The notes under the pieces are model-generated. The model did no database searches, was not told the origin of the DNA, and saw nothing but the letters and a program-made list of their open reading frames with translations. From contig DATDXC010000038.1 in assembly GCA_035289425.1 (NCBI GenBank), positions 732-64,731 of the forward strand: a stretch of 64,000 nucleotides of DNA, written 5' to 3'. This DNA is from Candidatus Nanoarchaeia archaeon (GTDB lineage: Archaea > Nanobdellota > Nanobdellia > Woesearchaeales > DATDXC01). The stretch's first letter is position 1, and each line of letters starts with the position of its first letter. This document shows positions 27,758 to 37,391 of the stretch, piece after piece. A program made the position numbers and the translations under genes.

Positions 27758-29269
27758 TTATCTGCTTATGGCCCTCAATAACTCTAGCCTTTCTGCAAAC
27801 TGTTCAGATTTTGTATCCGCTTTGACTACATGATGTGGTATGCCCCACATGTTTGCAAGTGCAGTCAGGTATTCCATCCTGAGCGCTGTGGAAAGTGTCG
27901 GATGATGTGTCTCTCCGGCAAGAGCAGCGCATTCCAGGGCAGTTTCAAGGTCAGCTTTGTATCTTACCAGTCCTCTTGCTGTTGGTAAATTGGGCAAGGG
28001 GGGAGTCTCAATAATCTCCGCATCCGATGTCATAAGATTATAGCCTGATGGTGTCATAAACAATGAGGTGATGGTGCAGTCGCCTGGAGCAAAGTCAAAC
28101 ACCGTCCTCACGGGGTTTCCGCTCTGGCCGATATCCAATGGATGAATCTCTAATCGTGGCTTGGCAGCAGCAAGTGCAGGGTTGCTTTCAATCATGTGCG
28201 CGAAAAGCACAGCTTTATTTGTGAAATCGAAGACATATGGCTCAGAAAATGATGATGTTCCGTGTAGTCCTTGTCCCATGATCGAGTGTGCGGCTCCTAA
28301 AGTTGCAGCCATGACATCTCCTTCTGCTCCGTAGCCCCATCCATCCCTCATCAACTCTTGTGCTGCCATCCCCGGGAGCTGTGTCATCGGTCTAAGGTTA
28401 CCGAAATAAGAAGTCCATGCTGTTGCCTTCATGGTCCCCAACAATTCTGCAAGAACCAGATACTGACCTGCTGCGTAGAGAAGGCTGTCATGGTCCTTGC
28501 CAGTTTTTCCGAGTTCTGGAACCGATTCATAACGCCCCAGCCACTGTTGAGCCATTTCTCTGAGTGAATCTTTGCTTAATTTGTGAATCTCTGCATCAAT
28601 AAGGTTGGGGCCAAGATCATCATTAACTCTCACTCCTGTAATTCTTTGTAATTCAGCAATGTCTGCATCAGTACCTCTGACACCGGACATCTTCCCGCCA
28701 ATTCGCAGAATCTCCTGACCTCTGAGCGTGGTTACTGCTGCAGCAACTCTGCCATACATCTCAAATTTTCGCAGGAACGCGTCTGAGGCGTAATGGCCCG
28801 AAACCACATTCTGTCGGATTCCCGCCCTCACTAATGTATGAGCTCCTTCCATGAATCCGTGGGGTGTCTGATTGGTATTCATATAATTCATATCGAGGGT
28901 GGCTGGCATTGATTCATTCATAGAAGTAATGAGGTGGATATAGGGAACCGTCAAACTTCGGTATGCCTCCAAGTGCATTCCACCGGGAGAAAACGTATGG
29001 AACCAAGCTGCTAATCCTATGCAGTCCGGATCCTTTGTCTCAGCAACAACTCTTTGAGCGTCTGCAGGGGACTTTACGGTGCCTCCGTACTTGACCTTGA
29101 AGGGCATGCGTTCGTCAAGATTGCCTGCCACTTGTTGAGTGTTCCTGTCAACTTGAGCCAATGTTTCCGCACTGTACAAAGTCTGGGTGTTGCTTACTAA
29201 CAGCACATGCTGAGGATGATCCTTTTCAGGAATACCTGAACCGCCTCGATAGAAAAACTTTTGTTGCAT
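27758..29269 (-). CDS. araA: L-arabinose isomerase
   Basis: 'QTLYS..TL.QV', 'WFHTFSP', 'MNTNQTPHG', 'GYGAEGD', 'AHMIE', 'HPLDIG', 'AGETHH'. Confidence 0.9.
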   Translation of the reverse strand: MQQKFFYRGGSGIPEKDHPQHVLLVSNTQTLYSAETLAQVDRNTQQVAGNLDERMPFKVKYGGTVKSPADAQRVVAETKDPDCIGLAAWFHTFSPGGMHLEAYRSLTVPYIHLITSMNESMPATLDMNYMNTNQTPHGFMEGAHTLVRAGIRQNVVSGHYASDAFLRKFEMYGRVAAAVTTLRGQEILRIGGKMSGVRGTDADIAELQRITGVRVNDDLGPNLIDAEIHKLSKDSLREMAQQWLGRYESVPELGKTGKDHDSLLYAAGQYLVLAELLGTMKATAWTSYFGNLRPMTQLPGMAAQELMRDGWGYGAEGDVMAATLGAAHSIMGQGLHGTSSFSEPYVFDFTNKAVLFAHMIESNPALAAAKPRLEIHPLDIGQSGNPVRTVFDFAPGDCTITSLFMTPSGYNLMTSDAEIIETPPLPNLPTARGLVRYKADLETALECAALAGETHHPTLSTALRMEYLTALANMWGIPHHVVKADTKSEQFAERLELLRAISR

Positions 29270-29428
29270 CTTTAAACGCCTCCACACTTCATTCCTTTCA
29301 GTGAGAATAAGTCCTTAGGATGTTGCCTATTGGTTGGTGCCGTTCTGAAGACCCCCAATGTTAAATAACAGATTTATCCGTAATTTCTATAAGGTTTATA
29401 AAGTTTTGTATTGTACCGTCGAGAGAAA

Positions 29429-29446
29429 TGTCACAAGGTGGTGACA
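29429..29446. promoter_or_regulatory. Palindromic operator-like site TGTCAC-N6-GTGACA (copy 2)
   Basis: Starts 34 bp from the TTTATAAA (29395) of the araA unit. Confidence 0.65.
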
Positions 29447-29459
29447 AAAAATAGGAGGG

Positions 29460-30197
29460 TTATTTCAATAATCTTTTCATAACTTCTTCTTTAACTTGTT
29501 CATAACCAGGCAAAAAAGATACTAATTCCTTTAGATCTCTTTCATAAGTTTGTTTTGAAGGCATCTTAATATTCTTTAGGTTGCCATTTTCCTCTTTAAG
29601 CTTAGCGGCCAATAATTTCTTGTCTAATTCCACGCCTTTACTTAGAAGAATCCAGACATCATATAAATCTCTTGCCTGCGCTCTAGTAATCAATGCCCTT
29701 ATTTTTTCTGTCAAAATCTCCTTTTCATCAAGAGCAACAAGTGTAAATGGAGGAACATCTGAAAAAATCTGCGGAATTACTTTAGCAACTTTGTTACTCA
29801 CTTTTCCCTTATTAAAATCTATTTTTAGGGTGTTTGATGAATGGGGATCTCCTTTAAATAAAGGCCCTTCAAATCTTGCCTCTATCCGTAGATTCCCCTG
29901 ATATTCTTTTTCGGAATATATTTTGTAATTGATGTTCAATAATGAAAAGTCTTTAAGGCACTTATGGATGCTATCTTTAACTTCGATTAGAGCCAGGCTT
30001 GTGCTGAAATCCAAATCTTCAGATGCCCTCTCAAGATTATAACATATCCTTAGGCAGGTTCCACCTTTAAATACGAATTTATCTGCAAATTTGGACAAGG
30101 CATTAAGAAATATGAACTGCAAATATTCTTTTTCTTCATAATAAAGGTTTGTTTTTCTTCTATTTTTAACTTCATCTAATTCATCTGTCGATATCAT
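29460..30197 (-). CDS. AbiEii-family nucleotidyltransferase toxin
   Basis: 'FKGGTCLRICY..RASEDLDF', 'EKIRAL..R..ARDLYD'. Confidence 0.9.
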   Translation of the reverse strand: MISTDELDEVKNRRKTNLYYEEKEYLQFIFLNALSKFADKFVFKGGTCLRICYNLERASEDLDFSTSLALIEVKDSIHKCLKDFSLLNINYKIYSEKEYQGNLRIEARFEGPLFKGDPHSSNTLKIDFNKGKVSNKVAKVIPQIFSDVPPFTLVALDEKEILTEKIRALITRAQARDLYDVWILLSKGVELDKKLLAAKLKEENGNLKNIKMPSKQTYERDLKELVSFLPGYEQVKEEVMKRLLK

Positions 30198-30903
30198 CGT
30201 TAATATCCAAGAGCCATTCCTTATTTAAATTATTCCTTTTGTCAAGAGAAGGATCTAATCGCTCATAACCCCTGCCTATATTCTTTCTAATTCTTTCTAT
30301 TACGTTTCCTTTATATTTTAAATACTCTAATATAAATCCAAGCCTTCTGAGCACCGCTTTGCTCTCCACTTTGAGCGCATAGTCACAAAGCGTATCCAAT
30401 TCTATCTCATTCAAAGAAGTTTCAATGCAGTTAATAATCTCCCGTATGCCACCCGCATATTTAGGGAATAATAATGAGTCAACTAATGCCTTTTCCTTAT
30501 CTGCTATGATTATAGCTCCTGATTTTTTGTATCCAAAGAACCTTTTCCGAGAAATTGTTATATATTTGAAGTTTTTTATTCTTTTTCTAAACCTGGTGGT
30601 AGCATAATACGCTGTTTTAGGCAGTTGGTCTGTGAATTTGTAGTAACTCAAAGCTGACCAAAAACTCAAGTATGAAGGCCAGTTTAGATATGAGCCAATC
30701 TCCAATTCATTTGCGCCTTTAAGGGAATAAAGACCGGCTTTTATAGTTTGAATTGCATTTTTCTTTTTTAATGCCTTTATTAGGTTATATGCCTTACCTT
30801 TTTTAATGTTTAAGAGCAGCATCAAATCTTGGGTCTTAAAAATAGCCAAATTGTTTTTCTTAAATGTTTCATACGCTTTTGACTCTAGCTTGCTTAATTG
30901 CAT
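30181..30903 (-). CDS. AbiEi-family antitoxin / transcriptional regulator
   Basis: N-terminal wHTH, 'SYLSFWSALSYY', 'ADKEKALVD'; directly upstream of AbiEii. Confidence 0.85.
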   Translation of the reverse strand: MQLSKLESKAYETFKKNNLAIFKTQDLMLLLNIKKGKAYNLIKALKKKNAIQTIKAGLYSLKGANELEIGSYLNWPSYLSFWSALSYYKFTDQLPKTAYYATTRFRKRIKNFKYITISRKRFFGYKKSGAIIIADKEKALVDSLLFPKYAGGIREIINCIETSLNEIELDTLCDYALKVESKAVLRRLGFILEYLKYKGNVIERIRKNIGRGYERLDPSLDKRNNLNKEWLLDINDDIDR

Positions 30904-31027
30904 TTTTCTTTTGTTTTAGTACTATTTTTACTAATAATGAAGATAATTACTATATAAACTTTTTGGTTTTAGAAGAAAAGACAAAGCTACGAACGAAGTG
31001 AGCACGTTTTTGTTTTAGACTTAGAAA

Positions 31028-31045
31028 TGTCATACGGTGGCGACA
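31028..31045. promoter_or_regulatory. Degenerate third copy of the TGTCAC-N6-GTGACA motif
   Basis: AGAAA-TGTCAT-ACGGTG-GCGACA-AAAAA. Confidence 0.5.
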
Positions 31046-31093
31046 AAAAAGTGATTGTGGAACAGTAAACGAGTTTGTGCCAGAACAAGAATT

Positions 31094-31969
31094 TTATGTA
31101 TGAGGCCCCATCTGTCTTCCGCGCTCTACGCCTTTGCGGTAAAGGCCAGAAAGGTTCATGCCGTTTTCGAAACCACCAACTCCAATGGTAACTCCGGTAA
31201 TCGCTCGGGCCATCTTTGAAGCAGCAAAGACTGCAACATCGGCTATTTCCTCTGGTTCCATCATCCGGCCCCAGACTCCTGCCGTATTTTCAAGAACTTC
31301 TCTCAATTCAGGTCTGTCTTTGAGCATCTTGTTAACAAATGGTGTTCTTACTCTTCCAGGGGCAATGCCTACGAATCGCACATTGTCAGGTGCATAGTCG
31401 ATAGCGCAGCTTTGGATAAGACCATCGACAAAATGTTTTGTAGCATCATATATAGCCCTGTCTTCCATACCAATAGTAGATGCAGTTGAGGATGTGTACA
31501 GTTGCACTCCGCCACCGTGTCCTATCATCAATGGGGTAACAATCTGAGTTCCATACAGGACTCCCATGGAATTCACGCCAACAATCTTTTTTGCTGTTTC
31601 GGCATCCACTTCATGGATCTTCAAAGGTTTTTGCGGGATACCTGCATTGTGGATCATAACATCAATACCACCACATTCTCTGTCAATTTGATTTAGTATT
31701 CTCGCATAAGAAGACGCATCTGTCACATCACATGCAGCATACTGTGGGCGATGGCTGCCACCTTCTAAAAATTGTGCTGTCCTCTCTGCCTCAGTTTCGT
31801 TTGAGTCGAGAATATGTACTATGCTACCATACTCTACAAATCTTTGGGCCATGGCCCGGCCGATGCCGCTTGCAGCTCCGGTGATGACCACATTCCTGTC
31901 AGCAATGCCGAACTCTTCTCCAACTACTAACCATCTTTGTTGTATGGTCAAATGAGGTAGGTTAAACAT
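31094..31969 (-). CDS. Short-chain dehydrogenase/reductase
   Basis: TGAASGIG, HNAG and YxxxK (YDATK). Confidence 0.9.
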   Translation of the reverse strand: MFNLPHLTIQQRWLVVGEEFGIADRNVVITGAASGIGRAMAQRFVEYGSIVHILDSNETEAERTAQFLEGGSHRPQYAACDVTDASSYARILNQIDRECGGIDVMIHNAGIPQKPLKIHEVDAETAKKIVGVNSMGVLYGTQIVTPLMIGHGGGVQLYTSSTASTIGMEDRAIYDATKHFVDGLIQSCAIDYAPDNVRFVGIAPGRVRTPFVNKMLKDRPELREVLENTAGVWGRMMEPEEIADVAVFAASKMARAITGVTIGVGGFENGMNLSGLYRKGVERGRQMGPHT

Positions 31970-32062
31970 AATAGTGGGGATTGTTCTTTCCTTTTTAAGT
32001 TTTTTTAATTTGAGTACTCGAAAATGGTCATATTTAAAAATACAGCCTCATTTGTAGGGAAG

Positions 32063-33601
32063 ATGGCTGCCAACTTCATGGAATATGCTCGCATGGCGAA
32101 TCCTGCAGATAATGTAGCTATTGCAATCGCAACGATCCCCGCAGGCACTCATCTTACCTATCAAGGGGATCAGTTACTCATTTCTGACAGAGTTCTTCAA
32201 GGATTCAAGTTTGCAGTTCATGCCATTCCTCATGGCGAGTTGGTCCGTTTGTATGGTGAGCCAACTGCAATTGCACGAGAGGATATCAATCCAGGAGAGG
32301 GTGTCGAAAGCAGATTATCAGACCAACTTCCCATAGTTCGTGACCAAATAGCAGAAGACCATACCCAATCAAAGCCAGACTATTTTCCGCCTGAGATGGT
32401 TAGCTGTTTCCAGGGAATACGTAGAAGTAATAATCGGATTGGAACCCGAAACTATATTGCTATTATTCCTACCGATCCTTGTCCAGGGGTGGTTGGCCAC
32501 CATATTGAAGATTATTTTCGGAGAGCGCAACTACCCGCTGGAGTAGATGGGGTAGTGTATATCCCCTTTGGCGAAGGCTGCGGCGCAAGCCCGAAACGGG
32601 TTGAGGTTTCTCGCCGTGCTTTTAACAACTATGCAGATCATCCTAATGTCGGGGCAGCCATATTCCTGGAAAATGGCTGTGGACATCTGCCCTTTGCTGA
32701 GTATAGGCCTGTCTTTGAAAATGAGTACAGCCAAAAATCTGGAAAGCCAATCGCCTGGTTAAGTTTTCAGGGCAATGGATGCAATGTTGCCAAAACAAGG
32801 GATGTGGGCATTGATATGATCAGTGGAATCCTTGATAAGGTTGCCAGTGTTAGGAGGTCAGCGGTCTCTACTTCTGAGTTAGTGGTTGGAACCAAATGCG
32901 GCGGATCAGACGGACTTTCAGGCATAGCGGGAAATTTGGCCATCGGCTATTTGAGTGACTTGATTGTTCGTAGTGGTGGCAGCGTCATCCTTACTGAAGC
33001 GCCTGAAATGATGGGGGCTGCTCATTTGTTGGCTCGAAGAGCACGGAATAAAGATGTAGCTGATGCAGTGTATGCCATGGTGGATGCCTATGAAGCTTTA
33101 GCCACTGCCCGAGGAGAATCATGTGGTTCAAACCCTTCTCGCGGCAATAGGGCTGGTGGCTTAGCAAACATTGTAATGAAATCACTGGGAGCGACAATAA
33201 AAGCGGGCACCACCCGCGTAGAGGACTGTGTTGATTGGGGAGAATCAATCGGGCGCAAAGGCTTGACCTTAATGCAGGGTCCTGGTGACGATATAGAAAG
33301 CATGACTGGAGAGGTTGCGAGCGGCGCAAATGTCATTGTATTCAATACCGGAAGGGGGACTGCTACCGGCAACCCTATTGTTCCTGTTATTAAATTAGTC
33401 AACACTCGATCACGATACCCTGATGCGGATTTTTTTGATTGGGCTGCTGATGGGTTGTTGTATGGTGGCCAAAGTGCTGATCAGGTAGCGCAAGAACTAT
33501 TGGATCTGGTAATTGAAGTGAGCAGCGGAAAAAGAGTTCAGGCTGAAATTCATGGAGCGCGGGAAGTGGAGATATGGGGAGACTATGGTGTTTCACTTTA
33601 A
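32063..33601 (+). CDS. UxaA-family (altronate/galactarate) dehydratase
   Basis: N-terminal SAF domain 'DNVAIA...KFAV', 'GTRNYI', 'KCGGSDG.SG', 'NPSRGN.AGGL', 'TGRG'. Confidence 0.9.
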   Translation: MAANFMEYARMANPADNVAIAIATIPAGTHLTYQGDQLLISDRVLQGFKFAVHAIPHGELVRLYGEPTAIAREDINPGEGVESRLSDQLPIVRDQIAEDHTQSKPDYFPPEMVSCFQGIRRSNNRIGTRNYIAIIPTDPCPGVVGHHIEDYFRRAQLPAGVDGVVYIPFGEGCGASPKRVEVSRRAFNNYADHPNVGAAIFLENGCGHLPFAEYRPVFENEYSQKSGKPIAWLSFQGNGCNVAKTRDVGIDMISGILDKVASVRRSAVSTSELVVGTKCGGSDGLSGIAGNLAIGYLSDLIVRSGGSVILTEAPEMMGAAHLLARRARNKDVADAVYAMVDAYEALATARGESCGSNPSRGNRAGGLANIVMKSLGATIKAGTTRVEDCVDWGESIGRKGLTLMQGPGDDIESMTGEVASGANVIVFNTGRGTATGNPIVPVIKLVNTRSRYPDADFFDWAADGLLYGGQSADQVAQELLDLVIEVSSGKRVQAEIHGAREVEIWGDYGVSL

Positions 33602-33640
33602 GAAACATTTAAAATATGAATATGATTCTCGTGGCTCATC

Positions 33641-34537
33641 ATGAGTCAAAATCTAAGCGACAATGTTGGCGGAAGAGGAGCACTTTACACCGGACTGGAA
33701 AATAAAGTTGTTCTTGTTACTGGTGGAACTAGGGGAATAGGTGCTGAGATTGTCAGGCAGTTTGCATATCAAGGTTCTTATGTTGCATTCTTAGGCAGGA
33801 ATAAAGAGAGGGCCAAAGCCTTGTTGGAGGAGCTACGTTCTGTTCAACATATACCCGTGTATGCTCAAGTGGATTTGCTTGTTGAACTGTCAACAGTAGA
33901 GGGGATTTCCTTTGTTACCGAGTACGCAAGAACTGCGACAGGAACTTCACACATCGATGTATTAGTAAACTGTGCTGGTGCAAATGACAATGTTGGCATC
34001 GGTGCAGGTCTTGCACAAATTATGCGTTCTCTTGGGCGGAACTTGGGCCAGTACCTACATGTTACTTCTTTATGTTGGAATTATCTTAAGGCTGCTCCTG
34101 TTGAATCTATTGAGAGTGTTGAGTTACGGGGAAATGTCATTAACATTGGTTCTAAGACTGGAGATGTCGGTCAAAAAGGTTCATGGGGGTATTCTGCTTC
34201 TAAAGGAGGAATTACTGCATTCACCTTCACTGCAGCTAGAGAAGGTCTTCCAGTTGGTATCCGTGTCAACCAGGTCAATCCTTCGGAAGTGGATGGAGAC
34301 CATTATCGTGAATGGGCAGATGGAGCATTTCCTGGTAAGGCGGAAGCAACTATAGCCAGCATTGGAAGGGGAATTCCTTTAGGGGGACGGATGACAACTG
34401 AAGCAGAGATAGCATATACTGTTTTATTCTTAGCATCAAATAGGTTATCATCTGCAACTACAGGCCAGATTATCCGCCCTAATGGTGGGCATCCTCAACT
34501 GAATGAGCATGGGTCTAATCCTCATGTGGCGAGATAA
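33641..34537 (+). CDS. SDR sugar dehydrogenase (L-fucose dehydrogenase-like)
   Basis: TGGTRGIG, 'NCAGANDNVG', YSASK, 'IPLGGRMTT..EIA'. Confidence 0.8.
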   Translation: MSQNLSDNVGGRGALYTGLENKVVLVTGGTRGIGAEIVRQFAYQGSYVAFLGRNKERAKALLEELRSVQHIPVYAQVDLLVELSTVEGISFVTEYARTATGTSHIDVLVNCAGANDNVGIGAGLAQIMRSLGRNLGQYLHVTSLCWNYLKAAPVESIESVELRGNVINIGSKTGDVGQKGSWGYSASKGGITAFTFTAAREGLPVGIRVNQVNPSEVDGDHYREWADGAFPGKAEATIASIGRGIPLGGRMTTEAEIAYTVLFLASNRLSSATTGQIIRPNGGHPQLNEHGSNPHVAR

Positions 34538-35410
34538 ATGCCAGCAATCGATGCCCATGTCCATCTGATTGATTTAAACAGAAGTCCTGGTGATTATTCA
34601 TGGGCCCAAGGCATGCCTGCTGTCTGGAAAGAATTTCTGATTTCTCAGTTGAGGCAGGAATTACAGGAAACTGATATAAATGGAATTGTTCTTGTCCAGG
34701 CTAGACAAACTCTTGAAGAAACTGACTGGTTGTTGGGAATTGCAAGACAAAATCCAGATATGGTAAGGGGAGTTGTAGCTTGGTTTGATTTAAAGAGCCC
34801 CACTGTTGAGAGAGATATCGAGGCAAGGGTAGGCCCACAATTGGTTGGCGCACGACACATACTGCAGGCTGAACATTCAGAATATATGGCACATCCTGAT
34901 TTCGATAGAGGTTTGGATGTTTTGGCTGACCATACATTGGCATATGATATTTTAGTAACCCAAGATCAGTTGTTTGCTGCAGTTGGCATGGTTAAGGCTC
35001 ATCCTCATCTTACCTTTGTGCTGGATCATTTGGGAAAACCGTCGCTGAGAAATCATGCTAATGGCAGTGGACCAAGGGAAACTCAATACAATTACTGGAG
35101 GGAAGCGATTCAGGCTTTGGCTGATTGTGGAAATGTTTATTGTAAAGTCTCTGCTGGCGCATTAGAAGCTGATCCTCATGGATGGCAAGCAGATGAGATT
35201 ATGAGGTACATTGCTTTTGCTTGCACAACTTTTGGTAATTCTCGGATTGTATTTGGCACCAATGCTCCGGTGGTTAGGGATGCTTATACTGAAAATGCCT
35301 CGTGGCAATGGTACGATTTGGTAAAACGTCACTTGTTTGACGCACCTGCTAGATTAGAAGCGATGATGCACCACAATGCTGTTGCAGCGTACAGACTCAA
35401 TCATCGCTAG
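34538..35410 (+). CDS. Amidohydrolase-family sugar lactonase (L-fuconolactonase-like)
   Basis: 'IDAHVH', 'LVQA...ETDWLL', 'RHILQ', 'LDHLGKP', 'CKVS'. Confidence 0.85.
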   Translation: MPAIDAHVHLIDLNRSPGDYSWAQGMPAVWKEFLISQLRQELQETDINGIVLVQARQTLEETDWLLGIARQNPDMVRGVVAWFDLKSPTVERDIEARVGPQLVGARHILQAEHSEYMAHPDFDRGLDVLADHTLAYDILVTQDQLFAAVGMVKAHPHLTFVLDHLGKPSLRNHANGSGPRETQYNYWREAIQALADCGNVYCKVSAGALEADPHGWQADEIMRYIAFACTTFGNSRIVFGTNAPVVRDAYTENASWQWYDLVKRHLFDAPARLEAMMHHNAVAAYRLNHR

Positions 35411-35537
35411 GTCCTCAATCTGCCAACATTGATATGGTTTTCTTATTGCGAGCGCCATGCTACTCTCTGCTGAAAAATATGGGAAAGCACTGTTTATGGA
35501 GATAAAGTATATAAACAAGATAGCCTGTACCTGTGTC

Positions 35538-36061
35538 ATGCAAGTAAAAAAAGGGGAAATAATTCTTGATAATGAATTAAATACTTGGATAGATTGGTGA
35601 TAGATTTTATTAAAATTCTGGAGAAATACACTTAGTATGTAATCATATCAGGGTATATCTCCATCCTTTTTGGAAGGACTCGGACGACAGAAGACGTGGA
35701 TCTCTATATAAAACCAATGTCGTTCGAGCAATTTTCTAGGCTTTATGAAAATCTAACATCACATGGGTATTGGTGTTTAAATGCAGAGGACCCTAAGGAG
35801 GTTTTTTCTTACTTTATTACTAAAATAGCTGTTAGATTTGCAAAAAAAGGTAGAGCTATCCCAAATTTTGAAGTTAAGTTCCCCAAAAAACCTCTTGATG
35901 AGGCATCCTTTCGGGATACCATCACTGTTACAGTTGGCGGTCACAAGCTTATCATTTCTTCCTTAGGGGGGCAGGTAGCATTCAAGAGGTATTATTTAGG
36001 GTCTGATAAAGAATGGTCCTCTCAACAGAAGGACTTCATCGATTCTTTGGTAAAAAATTAG
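35538..36061 (+). pseudogene. Disrupted nucleotidyltransferase-like gene
   Basis: Frameshift after MQVKKGEIILDNELN and an in-frame TAG before 'YVIISGYISILFGRTRTTEDVDLYI'; C-terminus looks truncated. Confidence 0.6.
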
Positions 36062-36098
36062 ACAAATCTTTATAAACAATAAAGCATTTTTCTCAGCC

Positions 36099-37361
36099 AT
36101 GATTACCTGCAATGTTGGATTAATCGGACTCGGAACAATCGGTTCAGGGGTAGTTAAGATACTTCAGAAGAATGCAGATTTGTTAGGTAAGCGGACTGGA
36201 GTCAAAGTAGTTCTAAAGAAAGCATGTGATCTTAGGGTAGAAGAAGGCAAGAAACTGGGTCTCAGGGACGAGCAACTAACCAATAATTTTGATGATTTGG
36301 TAAATGATCCGGATATTCATGTCATTATCGAACTTATAGGCGGTTACAGTCCCGCAAAGGAATTTATTCTCAAAGCGCTGCAGCACCAGAAGCATGTAGT
36401 TACTGCAAACAAGGCGGTTATAGCAAAATATGGGAAGGAGATATTTGCCGAAGCGCAAAGGAATAATGTAGAGATTGCTTTCGAGGCTGCGGTGGGCGGC
36501 TGCATCCCCATCATCAAGACCATCAGGGAGAGCTATGCTGCCGACACTATCCAAAGTATTTATGGGATCTTAAATGGAACCACTAATTATATCCTTACTC
36601 AAATGGGAGAGGGCAAGAATTATGCTGATGCGCTTAAGGCTGCGCAGAAACTCGGTTTTGCTGAAGCTGACCCCAGTTTTGATGTTGAAGGCAAGGACGC
36701 GGCACAGAAATTGATCATCCTTGCACGCCTCGCATTCAACGCAGATATAAGCGAAGACATATTAACCGAGGGTATTACGCATATAACAAAACAGGATCTT
36801 AAGAATGCGCAGGATTTGGGATACTGCATTAAGTTATTGGGCATAACCAAAAAAGAGAATAATTCAATTGAGATACGAGTTCATCCTACGATGATACCGG
36901 TGCATCATGAGCTGGCATCTGTCCGGGATGAGCTTAATGCAATCTACTTGATCTCAGAGAACACGACCAAATCAATGCTCTATGGAAAGGGAGCAGGACA
37001 GCTGCCAACTGCTACGGTAGTCATCGGGGATGTTGTTGACATTGCCAAAGGGAAGAAGGAGGTCTTATATCAAGAAAAAGTTCCTATTAAGGACCTCAGC
37101 ACCATCCAGTCTCGCTATTATTTGAGGTTCACTGTTGTTGACAGACCGGGTGTGCTTGCCCAGCTTTCCAAGATATTGGGAGACAACCGCATCAGCATTT
37201 CTGGGGTGCAGCAGAAGGAAGTAGACAAGGCAACTGTTCCGGTAGTCATAATCACCCACCAAGCTGTCGAAGCAGACATCAAGAAAGGCATTCAGGAAAT
37301 CGATGCTTTGGAGATTGTCAAGGAGAAGACTGCAGTAATCAGGATTGAAGATATTCAATGA
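36099..37361 (+). CDS. hom: Homoserine dehydrogenase with C-terminal ACT domain
   Basis: GLGTIG, 'VTANK', 'EAAVGGCIP', 'GILNGTTNY', 'DRPGVLA'. Confidence 0.95.
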   Translation: MITCNVGLIGLGTIGSGVVKILQKNADLLGKRTGVKVVLKKACDLRVEEGKKLGLRDEQLTNNFDDLVNDPDIHVIIELIGGYSPAKEFILKALQHQKHVVTANKAVIAKYGKEIFAEAQRNNVEIAFEAAVGGCIPIIKTIRESYAADTIQSIYGILNGTTNYILTQMGEGKNYADALKAAQKLGFAEADPSFDVEGKDAAQKLIILARLAFNADISEDILTEGITHITKQDLKNAQDLGYCIKLLGITKKENNSIEIRVHPTMIPVHHELASVRDELNAIYLISENTTKSMLYGKGAGQLPTATVVIGDVVDIAKGKKEVLYQEKVPIKDLSTIQSRYYLRFTVVDRPGVLAQLSKILGDNRISISGVQQKEVDKATVPVVIITHQAVEADIKKGIQEIDALEIVKEKTAVIRIEDIQ

Positions 37362-37391
37362 ACTAGTCCCTTTCTCTTAACAAACTCAGAT

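Noticed and set aside
21512..36061. Stop-codon recoding suggested by in-frame TAG/TGA in two small genes
   Set aside because: Those genes also contain frameshifts and deletions, while all housekeeping genes read normally in the standard code.
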